64,000 nucleotides of DNA from Candidatus Hadarchaeota archaeon. GTDB taxonomy: Archaea > CAYQAE01 > CAYVLA01. The notes under the pieces are model-generated. The model did no database searches, was not told where the DNA came from, and saw only the letters and a list, made by a program, of their open reading frames with translations. Below, in pieces: positions 37,158 to 45,243 of the stretch (position 1 is the stretch's first letter; every line of letters starts with the position of its first letter). The DNA lies in contig CAZUNO010000002.1 of assembly GCA_964621445.1 (NCBI GenBank), positions 13,640-77,639 of the forward strand, written 5' to 3'. The position numbers and the translations under genes were made by a program.

Positions 37158-39577
37158 AGATCCTCGATTATCAGGGGATGAGCTGGGTCAGTGATTAACC
37201 ACTGGGGCAATCCCTTGTCAAGTGTAATGATCTCATAATTATCGGATTTATGCATCAGTATCTTCCAGAACCCCGGTTTGGATTCCCCCCGCGAAATAAG
37301 GATATGGGAAGATGACCCATGAACCTTGGGATTTTCCAAGCACCCCATATGCTCCTCATCCGGGGAAAAGACATCGGCTTTAGCTCCACTCTTGCCAAGA
37401 ATCAGGTTGAAGCTCTCCGTCCCTTCCGGTACGTGGAAATATAGGGGCAAATCTTCATCAAGGCACCTCCCATCCAGATCCAAGCCGTGAGGTGGAACAT
37501 GGAAAGCCATCCAAGCACCGTTAACCCTCATTTTCTCCAAGGCTGCCATACGGTACGGAGCTCTAAGAAAATAGACCTTGTTTGCCTTTCCCTGGAAGGT
37601 AATTGACCTTCCTTCGGCCACCATCCCGGTGTCAATCGATTTGCCCTTTTCATCTGTCAACACGTATTGTATAAATTCGGCCCTTCTATGGAATCTCTCA
37701 ATTTTGATCTTGACTGCTCCTTCGGACGAGCTGTATAGAAGCAAATCAATTCCACCCCTGCCCACTGGTACCAGGCAGTCCCTTGGACCTGTCTCACCCC
37801 CTATGGGCGGACTCTCCGTCACCGCCAACTCAGGGGGTTGAAAATCGATCTTTCTGGTTATCCTACATCCCTCTCGCTGATTTGCAAGAAGCTCATCGAT
37901 CTCATCCTCATCGAGGGTCAAAGGTGATTGGTAATCTGGCGGCAGGAAGCCGTAATCACGGAGGTTCCATTGGAGAAGTGACAAAACATGGCCAAAGATA
38001 TCCAGCCTTTTTTGTTGACTTGCCTTCTTCTCCACGGATAAGGCATCGAGATAGCAGCTCTCGATCTCTGGATAGAGGGGGGCATATAACTCCTCCAAAT
38101 GCCTCTCGGTGAGCAGGTATTTTGCACCTGAATTGCGGTTATAGAACCGAGAAAAGGCCCTATCGAGGAGACCGAAGAGTCTCTCCACGGATTTCCCTGC
38201 TTCATAACCATAGGCCTTCAGGTAATATTCGTGGAGTATCTCCCTCGCATCCTGGTCCGGGTTCCATAGCAGTCTGGCAATGGTATAGTTACCGGGACCA
38301 GAAACGGGCCAGACTGGGTTACCGTAGATATATCCTCCCTTGAAGCCATATTTAGACATATTTGAGAAGGTCGACTTCAGAAGCTCCGGTGACGGGGGGC
38401 ATATTATCCCATTTGGTTGCACCAGGGTCGTCGGCAGATCATAGTAGTAGATATCGAAGCCGTGTTTTCTTGATAGTTCACTCCAATCTCCCCATATGGA
38501 TTCGTCCCATCTTTGCTTGACCGAAGGACGATAGAGCCTGAAACCATAGGCAGGGCTATTGGGGATCACAAAGGCCAAGTTGGATTCAATATCCATTTCC
38601 TCGGAAGGCGGGTAACGATAATTCGCATACAGGTAACCCCCCAGCATGTGCTTCGGGAACTCCTTCTCCACAATCCGGGCCACATCGTTATAGAATTTCA
38701 AAACCAAAGGAGTAACCGAAATTTCACCATGGGGGTCAATTTCCTTAAGTGCCCCCGACTCCGGACTCTCGCTCCATGCCCCACCGTCGGCCGGTGATAG
38801 CGAGTACCACCGCCTTTTTGGATCCTCTCGAAATGCCTTGATGATTTTTTCGGCGAAATATTGGACCATCTCCTGGTTCGTGGTCTCCAGCTTGTAGTAT
38901 CGACCTATGGGCGGAACCCGATTTCCATCCCTCATGGCAAACCAGTCTGGGTGTTCATCGTAAAGAGAGGGAGGAACCGTCCTTATCCAACTATGATTAT
39001 GCTCGATTGGGCAGACCTGGTGCAATTTCATGCGCTTATCCCATTCGTCCTCCAGAGGGGCTTTGTCTCTAAACGAAATAACGCGGTAATCAAAGGGTGG
39101 ATGGTCTTCCCGGTCCATTTCGGGAATCACCAAATCTCCCATTTCCGTATATTCCTCCCCCATCTCACCCGGCATTAGCCATCGGACTTCTAGATATTCC
39201 TCAATGAATGAATACACTCCATTGGAAGTACCATGATTCACTCCTCCCTTGTCGTTAAGCTCCCCATCTGGCGTGTCGGGACCTAGAATGAAGAGATTGG
39301 AATCGAGAGCTACAATTCTGTAGCCATCAATGGGAATCTCCGAAGGGTCCAGCCCCTCTTCCCTGGCTGCGGCAGTGTAACCCAAACTGATATACGGATT
39401 GGAAGGTGGCTGCTCGGTGGATATAACCTCGGGTAAAGCTCCAGTCACCTTTCCAAAATAATTCCTTAGGTCCTTAGCCGCATTCCTTACGGATTCAGGA
39501 GCGGTTGGATCCAGGTAAATTGAATAATTGGTCTTTCTGTTCCGGACAATCGGGATTGATCCTCTTCCGGACTTCAA
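37154..39577 (-). CDS. DUF4838 domain protein (second, larger paralogue); no signal peptide
   Basis: GTSNGVYSFIEEYLEVRWLMPGE and overall colinearity with the N-terminal half of the 30751..32652 product. Its end overlaps the convergent sulfatase stop by 4 nt. Confidence 0.7.
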   Translation of the reverse strand: MKSGRGSIPIVRNRKTNYSIYLDPTAPESVRNAAKDLRNYFGKVTGALPEVISTEQPPSNPYISLGYTAAAREEGLDPSEIPIDGYRIVALDSNLFILGPDTPDGELNDKGGVNHGTSNGVYSFIEEYLEVRWLMPGEMGEEYTEMGDLVIPEMDREDHPPFDYRVISFRDKAPLEDEWDKRMKLHQVCPIEHNHSWIRTVPPSLYDEHPDWFAMRDGNRVPPIGRYYKLETTNQEMVQYFAEKIIKAFREDPKRRWYSLSPADGGAWSESPESGALKEIDPHGEISVTPLVLKFYNDVARIVEKEFPKHMLGGYLYANYRYPPSEEMDIESNLAFVIPNSPAYGFRLYRPSVKQRWDESIWGDWSELSRKHGFDIYYYDLPTTLVQPNGIICPPSPELLKSTFSNMSKYGFKGGYIYGNPVWPVSGPGNYTIARLLWNPDQDAREILHEYYLKAYGYEAGKSVERLFGLLDRAFSRFYNRNSGAKYLLTERHLEELYAPLYPEIESCYLDALSVEKKASQQKRLDIFGHVLSLLQWNLRDYGFLPPDYQSPLTLDEDEIDELLANQREGCRITRKIDFQPPELAVTESPPIGGETGPRDCLVPVGRGGIDLLLYSSSEGAVKIKIERFHRRAEFIQYVLTDEKGKSIDTGMVAEGRSITFQGKANKVYFLRAPYRMAALEKMRVNGAWMAFHVPPHGLDLDGRCLDEDLPLYFHVPEGTESFNLILGKSGAKADVFSPDEEHMGCLENPKVHGSSSHILISRGESKPGFWKILMHKSDNYEIITLDKGLPQWLITDPAHPLIIEDL

Positions 39578-39662
39578 GGTTCACACCTGCGTTAAATGCA
39601 TGGGGCTGAAATACAAAGACTCCTATTTTCATACATTATACATCGATTAAAATCAAATGGAG

Positions 39663-39667
39663 AAAAA
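39663..39667 (-). terminator. Oligo-T tract downstream of the tRNA (archaeal-type terminator candidate)
   Basis: The reverse strand reads ...GCG|CTTATTCCCGCTGGATTTTTCTCC. The T5 run starts 16 nt after the discriminator base. Confidence 0.35.
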
Positions 39668-39682
39668 TCCAGCGGGAATAAG

Positions 39683-39821
39683 CGCTGGGGAGGGGATTTG
39701 AACCCCTGAAGCCTTTCGGCAACTGACTAGCTGCTCCGATCTGGATTAGCAGGCATACGCTGCTAAGCATCAGCGCCCTTCCAGATTGCCCGTGGATTTC
39801 TCCACACTAGGCGACCCCAGC
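39683..39821 (-). tRNA. Over-long (139 nt) class-II tRNA gene, probably tRNA-Ser(GCU), with one or more non-canonical introns
   Basis: On the reverse strand the 7-bp acceptor stem is GCTGGGG/CCCCAGC, the discriminator is G, and no CCA is encoded. The T arm is AGGGG-TTCAAAT-CCCCT. The anticodon-type loop CTGCTAA (U33, GCU, A37) is closed by CTGGA/TCCAG. About 50 nt more than expected are distributed in the D region, 5' of the anticodon loop, and in the variable region. Confidence 0.6.
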
Positions 39822-39846
39822 TCCAAGAGTGTGGACTTACACGGGG

Positions 39847-39861
39847 AAATAAATCTTTTCG
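39847..39861 (-). promoter_or_regulatory. Archaeal BRE/TATA promoter candidate for the tRNA gene
   Basis: The reverse strand reads CGAAAAG-ATTTATTT. The A/T box spans about -26 to -33 relative to tRNA position +1 and is preceded by a purine-rich BRE-like CGAAAAG. Confidence 0.5.
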
Positions 39862-39893
39862 ACAGAAGCGGCTCTCAATTTATCTGCGGCGAA

Positions 39894-41588
39894 TTAAACT
39901 GAATCCCCTACAAGAGATGTTGACAAATCTGAGGTTCCCTGTTTATCGTAGGGTAGAACCAGCATGAATTTCGTCCCCTTTCTAGTTTTTCTCCGGACAT
40001 CGATGGTTCCGCCATGACCTTCCGCAATTTTCCTGCAAACGCACAGTCCGAACCCCTGCCCCTGTGCCTTCGTTGTAAACATGGGTTCGAAAATTCTATC
40101 CATATCCTCTTCGGGAATCCCTTCACCGGTATCACTAACGCTCATCTTAACGTTTCTGCCGTCAAAGGACGTGGATATGACGAGTTCTCCCCCATTGGGC
40201 ATGGCCTGAAATGCGTTGGTTATGAGGTTAATGAGAACCCTTCTTATGAGATGAGGGTCCACCTCGAATCCCTCCGGAGTGGGATCAATATCGGTTTGCA
40301 CCGTCACATTATCAGGAACATCTACGGAATCGAGGACCTTCATAATGAAATCATGAACATCCACCGACTGAAGCTCAGGTCTTATGGGCCTAGCATAATC
40401 CTGAAGGTCGGAGACTATCTTGTTCATGTAACCGGCCCGCTTTTCAATCGTATCCAGCCGATCCTTAACCTCCCTTAACGATCCCTTATCAAGTTCATTC
40501 TTAGCAAGATATAGGTTATTCACTATAACCTGCAGTGGATTCCGGAGGTCATGGCCAACCATGGCCGTGGTCTCGCCGATAGCAGCCATTCGCTCCCTTT
40601 CCTTCAACTGCTTGGTCCTCTCCTCCACGAGCTGCTCCAAATGCTGCGAGTACTTCCTCACCTTCTCTTCGGCCTCTTTCCTATCCGTTATATCCATTAT
40701 TACTCCACGAAGCCCACTAAAATTTCCCTCATTCCATATGGGAATTGCACGCAATAAGACGGGGAAGGTGGAGCCATCTTTTCTTATTGCCGTAAACTCC
40801 CCTGGACCGATTTCTTGTTCCTCCACTAGTTTTCCTAATTCATTCTTCGCCTTCCCCCGATCCTTCGGGGCCAACATATTAAACCCGTTTAGTCCGCGTT
40901 TAAGGTCTTCCTCACTGTAACCGAACATATTAAGAGCATTTTGATTCGTATAGGTCAAGTTTAGCTCCTCATCCGTTTCAAATATCGCCCCGGGCATCAT
41001 ATCGGCGACATTCCTGAAACGCTTCTCGCTTACCCTGCGACCCCACGAGGCCTCCTCCAAACTTCTTGCAGAAAGCCACGCAACGGTCGCCAAAATAAAA
41101 AAACCAATCATGGCCATCACATTGGGGAATCTTTGACCAGCGGGTCCTAACCCCACAATGGTAATCGTTATGCTACATATGATGGCGAAAACAAAACTTG
41201 CCCATCGCCTCAATATGAAACTTGACAGTACTATAGGGATGGAGAAGAAGAAAACATTACGCCCGTCTGCAACTTCAACCGGGGAGTCGGAGAGAACGAT
41301 GGCAATAATAAAGAGAAATAGTAATGCGAATGCCGCCGCTTCAACTGACCAATACCGGTAGAAGGCATATGTAAGCCCAATCGCCACGGTAATGATCCCA
41401 ATCCCGATAAAAAGACTGCGTGTCTCCTTAGGCGAACCTACTTCCCCAAAGGATACCGCAAATAACGTTATGATAAGGCCGACAATTAGGGCCATTGCCA
41501 GCGCTTCTAAAAAAAGCCGGACCAATCCCCTTCGCCGCTCACCTGGCATTTCGGATGAGAGATTGCCTTGATTACTCAATCCATTCAC
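39894..41588 (-). CDS. Membrane sensor histidine kinase (multi-TM N-terminus, PAS, HisKA, HATPase_c)
   Basis: About 6 N-terminal hydrophobic helices. PAS segment: FRNVADMMPGAIFETD...IMDITDRKEAE. H-box: MVGHDLRNPLQ. N/G boxes: LINLITNAFQAM, VSDTGEGIPEED, GQGFGLCVCRKIAEGHGG. No response regulator is adjacent. Confidence 0.9.
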   Translation of the reverse strand: MNGLSNQGNLSSEMPGERRRGLVRLFLEALAMALIVGLIITLFAVSFGEVGSPKETRSLFIGIGIITVAIGLTYAFYRYWSVEAAAFALLFLFIIAIVLSDSPVEVADGRNVFFFSIPIVLSSFILRRWASFVFAIICSITITIVGLGPAGQRFPNVMAMIGFFILATVAWLSARSLEEASWGRRVSEKRFRNVADMMPGAIFETDEELNLTYTNQNALNMFGYSEEDLKRGLNGFNMLAPKDRGKAKNELGKLVEEQEIGPGEFTAIRKDGSTFPVLLRAIPIWNEGNFSGLRGVIMDITDRKEAEEKVRKYSQHLEQLVEERTKQLKERERMAAIGETTAMVGHDLRNPLQVIVNNLYLAKNELDKGSLREVKDRLDTIEKRAGYMNKIVSDLQDYARPIRPELQSVDVHDFIMKVLDSVDVPDNVTVQTDIDPTPEGFEVDPHLIRRVLINLITNAFQAMPNGGELVISTSFDGRNVKMSVSDTGEGIPEEDMDRIFEPMFTTKAQGQGFGLCVCRKIAEGHGGTIDVRRKTRKGTKFMLVLPYDKQGTSDLSTSLVGDSV

Positions 41589-42417
41589 TTCCAGAAATGG
41601 CCTCCTTCAGTCAATATTGGCGGGGCCTCCTTCTTTCACATTCATGGAAAAACAACGAAGGAAGTTGGTTTGCCAGGATCCGAGAGGGTCTTCAATCATT
41701 AAAGCCCAGATGAACTAAAGAATCACTCTGAGATTAATAATTAGATTATGTAAAAATCGCAAATCGTGTGGACCGACAGATGTATCTTGATTAATTCAGT
41801 TCTACGTAATTTTACAAAACAACGTCAATAAATGATGAAAATTTATTTGTAAAAGAGGCTCTTTGCTTCTAAATCGGCTCCAAATGCCCCAAATGTGACA
41901 AGAATAGCGAAAACCGCTCCTGGTTATAGGTATTATAGCAAAAGGAGTAATCCTAATGCGCCGATATTACCTTTAAGACCAGAAAGGGCCAAGTTTAAGA
42001 ATAGAAATAACCAATAATTAAACATGGGGAAGGGGAAAAACGAGGACAATCTTCCAAAACTGCGTTTTATCCTGAGAGAACGTAGCATGGCCTGGGCTGC
42101 AGTAAAATTTGAACGGGAAGAAAAGAAATTGGAGATTGAGAAACCTGGGAGTCCATTAAGCTTGCTGAAATCCGACCGATTTGGTAGATCAGCCAAGAAT
42201 TCGGTGCCCAATCACTTGGAATAGAATTCTTGATTGGCGTGGCTGATGGATGAAAAGGCCCGGCTCGGACTCTACAAGTGTCTGGAATATGAGGGAAAAA
42301 TGGAGTTTAGGTAGGAATCTTGTTGAGGAGCCTACTTTATCATCCTGAAAATTGAGAATAGAGCTGGCAGCTCTCTTGCTATGATATTAATATGCGGATC
42401 ATCCAATTAACTGAGAA

Positions 42418-42909
42418 ATGGAAAGAAGTGAGGTTTTAAGGCTCTGTGGAGCAAAGGGAAAAACCATTCTGGATATCGGGGCTGGTCCCCTGGCAAGGAT
42501 CGCTGCAAAAAAGTTCAATTGTCGTGTTACCAGTATCGATATCGATGAATCAAAACTGAAAAGAGAAAAAGATCAGGTGGAAAGAGAAGAATTACAACAT
42601 CAAATAGAACTGCGTAAAATGGATGCGGCTAATCTCCACCTTGAGGATAATTCGTACCAGATTATTATCAGCTATGGTGCCCTTCACCACATTCCGTCGG
42701 AGGATCGGGAAAAATTCCTCTCTCACGCATTCCGGGTGGCGTCTGAGAAGCTGTGCATCGCTGATTTCAGACCTTCGGAATTTCCGCATTCCAAAGAGGA
42801 ATACCTACCGGTCGACTTAAAGTGGTTGGGCTCCGCGCTTACCAAGCTGGGTCCAACTGAAAAACGTGTTGGGCGTCGTATGAATCTCTACATATGTTCC
42901 ATCACATAG
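42418..42909 (+). CDS. Class I SAM-dependent methyltransferase
   Basis: Motif I ILDIGAGPLARIAA, followed by an acidic residue at the strand end (TSIDID), and YQIIISYGALHH. Confidence 0.8.
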   Translation: MERSEVLRLCGAKGKTILDIGAGPLARIAAKKFNCRVTSIDIDESKLKREKDQVEREELQHQIELRKMDAANLHLEDNSYQIIISYGALHHIPSEDREKFLSHAFRVASEKLCIADFRPSEFPHSKEEYLPVDLKWLGSALTKLGPTEKRVGRRMNLYICSIT

Positions 42910-42944
42910 AAAATATTAGTGGCATACCTCGGTTTTCTAGCATT

Positions 42945-43469
42945 ATGAAAGGAGCCGTAGTCGGCAGCACCAATCCCGTTAAGATCAATGCCGTCCGTGA
43001 AATCCTCGATTCTATTTTTGGAGATGTTCACGTTGAGGGCATATACGTCCCTTCTGGCATTTCAAGAATGCCGACCTCCCCAAAAGAGGCGATAAAAGGG
43101 GCCGAAAATAGGGCCCTGAAAGCCATGGAAAAGGGAGACTATGATATGGCATTTGGAATAGAGGGATTTACCCAGGAACTAGAACAGGGAATGTTCCTTT
43201 CCAGATGGTCTGTGGCAATGGATAGAGAGGGTAAGATGGGTTATGGGTGCAGCCATAAGTTTCAGCTGCCGAGTAAGATAGCCAAATCCATTAGAGCGGG
43301 GAGTGAGCTTGGCCCAATCATGGATGTTTTGACCGGTGAAGAGGGCGTTAGCAGGGAAAGGGGCGCCATCGGCGTCTTTACCAGGGGAACGGTAACCAGA
43401 AATGAAGCGGCCAAACAAAGCGTAATATGCTCACTGACCAGGTTCCTATCACCGGAACTATACCAATAG
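42945..43469 (+). CDS. Inosine/xanthosine triphosphatase (DUF84 / YjjX-type NTPase)
   Basis: MKGAVVGSTNPVKINAVREIL...VPSGISRMPTSPKEAIKGAENRA...FGIEGF. I used the ATG at 42945 rather than the track start at 42894. Confidence 0.75.
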   Translation: MKGAVVGSTNPVKINAVREILDSIFGDVHVEGIYVPSGISRMPTSPKEAIKGAENRALKAMEKGDYDMAFGIEGFTQELEQGMFLSRWSVAMDREGKMGYGCSHKFQLPSKIAKSIRAGSELGPIMDVLTGEEGVSRERGAIGVFTRGTVTRNEAAKQSVICSLTRFLSPELYQ

Positions 43470-43475
43470 GACGAA

Positions 43476-45224
43476 TCAGGCGAATTCGATATCCACTATC
43501 TGGCCCTGTTCATTGAACGTCGCTCTGAAAATGGCCACATCGCTCGAGAGCTCCTCTCTGTATTCCTCCGCATCCCCCTGCAGAATCTTCCATAATACCT
43601 TCACTGATGTCTCTATCCCCCTACGCCCCAGTCCCCCGACCGCCAGCCGCTGGCCCTTTCCGTGCTCGGTGTAAAGGCATAGGTAACCCCAGCTGGAGGC
43701 ATTACCTCCCAACTTTGGAATGCCGGTCTTAATCTCCTCAAGGGAGGCTTCCCTCCCCGGCGACATGGCTCTAAAGCGAAGCCGGCCAGAAGATTCGGAT
43801 ATTTCTAGACGACCCTCCTGTGATATATAGCCGGAAACGAAGTTTGCATCAGGCCCTCCCATCCCTATCACATCACGGTACGTGTGCTGGGAATCCAGGG
43901 TGTATCTACCACCTGTTTTTGATGCCACTTGGCTATGGTTAAGAACTCGCACTTCAATGCCCTGGTCGCTAATTATATCACTGGTTTCATTCCCCCAGAT
44001 CTCCAGCTCGGATGCAGAGACAATACCCGTCGTATTACCACCATAGGTAATCTCCGTTACATTGCCCAAAAGGTTCCCGAGATGAAACAGGTCAACATCA
44101 AATTCCAGGTTTACCGAGCGCAATACCTGCCTCTTGCTTTCATTCGCAACCCAATACTCCGCGGCGAGAACGATACTTTCGGAACCCTCTGGTGAGATTT
44201 CAGCAACGGCCTCAAGCTCCCTCAGTTCACCTGGCCCCAGACTATCAACGGTGATGTTGCCGGATAACAATTGGGCGCCACCACTTTGCTTGTATAGGTT
44301 GATATTTGACACCGAACCCGTTCCTTGATTCCATATCCCAATCGGTATGGCGGCGGTATAGTTACCATTCGGGGAGGGATGGACCTTTGGGGAGGTATCC
44401 AAAGCTAGCGCCTGTAGTTCCGCCTGCACTATATCCCCTGATACCCAGCGCACCATGTTTAGCAAAAATTGGTTATTATCAAACGAGTTTAAAAATCGGC
44501 TGCTCCAGAGATCATTGTCACCTATACAAGCTATCCTTCCCTTTCCGTAGGTCGAGATGGCGGCTATGGTCTTTTTTCCCGTATCCTCGTCATCGTCAAG
44601 TTCCAGATCACCATCGGTGTCCGCCCATGATTCCTCTGAAGTCCAGGCCACGGGAGAAGCATTTCCGGAGGTCTGCAATGAACATCCCGCGTGATAACTG
44701 ATACGATCCAAACCATCGGTCACCTCATCTCCGGAGAATGCATCTATCATTGGCCAATGTGCATATCTGGAATCCGAGATAAAGGGATTATTCGGGTCGC
44801 AAATGGTATTTCTCTCAAAAATTATACCAAACTCCGAGGTTATCTCGTTCACCCTTTCACGGGCCCATGGCTGATACTTTGAGCTCGAACCCTGACCAGC
44901 GATAATCATGCCGTTTCCCTCGGACACGTAATCCAGAAGCATATCGATGTCATTGGACAGGCTACCACCATCCCTTGGCGTTATTAACAGTACGGAGACC
45001 AGATCCGTCAGGTTATCCGGATGAAGTTTTTGCACGCCGGTATAGGGACTTAGCAAGTGGGCCCTGAAGCCTATTTTATCAAATGATACCGCGGCATGCC
45101 AGTAATCATAAATGCTGAGCTGTTCCTCCATATGAGTCTCTATAAAGGCAGCAGTTGGTTTTTCAACCGAGGAAATTGGCACAGCCGAGAATATAATAAC
45201 CAGCAAGATCAGGCCGGAAATCAT
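43476..45224 (-). CDS. Extracellular GldG/DUF4350-like (GATase1-fold) protein with a C-terminal Ig/CARDB-like region
   Basis: TM/signal segment MISGLILLVIIFSAVPISS. I used the start at 45224; the track start at 45326 would overlap ileS by 83 nt. LLITPRDGG...LLDYVSEGNGMIIAGQG and GKGRIACIGDNDLWSSRFLNSFDNNQFLLNMVRWVSG match the GldG/DUF4350 pattern. Confidence 0.65.
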   Translation of the reverse strand: MISGLILLVIIFSAVPISSVEKPTAAFIETHMEEQLSIYDYWHAAVSFDKIGFRAHLLSPYTGVQKLHPDNLTDLVSVLLITPRDGGSLSNDIDMLLDYVSEGNGMIIAGQGSSSKYQPWARERVNEITSEFGIIFERNTICDPNNPFISDSRYAHWPMIDAFSGDEVTDGLDRISYHAGCSLQTSGNASPVAWTSEESWADTDGDLELDDDEDTGKKTIAAISTYGKGRIACIGDNDLWSSRFLNSFDNNQFLLNMVRWVSGDIVQAELQALALDTSPKVHPSPNGNYTAAIPIGIWNQGTGSVSNINLYKQSGGAQLLSGNITVDSLGPGELRELEAVAEISPEGSESIVLAAEYWVANESKRQVLRSVNLEFDVDLFHLGNLLGNVTEITYGGNTTGIVSASELEIWGNETSDIISDQGIEVRVLNHSQVASKTGGRYTLDSQHTYRDVIGMGGPDANFVSGYISQEGRLEISESSGRLRFRAMSPGREASLEEIKTGIPKLGGNASSWGYLCLYTEHGKGQRLAVGGLGRRGIETSVKVLWKILQGDAEEYREELSSDVAIFRATFNEQGQIVDIEFA

Positions 45225-45243
45225 CCGCCTCCTCCAAATCACT

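Noticed and set aside
42024-42224. 66-aa plus-strand ORF (MGKGKNEDNLPKLRFILRERSMAWAAVKFEREEKKLEIEK...) in the AT-rich gap
   Set aside because: It has no motif and no obvious ribosome-binding or promoter context that I can defend. It overlaps an equally weak antisense ORF. It is mentioned in the gap finding instead of being called a CDS.
41589-42417. AT-rich gap considered as a replication origin
   Set aside because: There is no adjacent cdc6/orc1 gene, and I could not find repeated ORB-like boxes, only one short 9-nt inverted pair. It is kept as an unexplained region, not called an origin.
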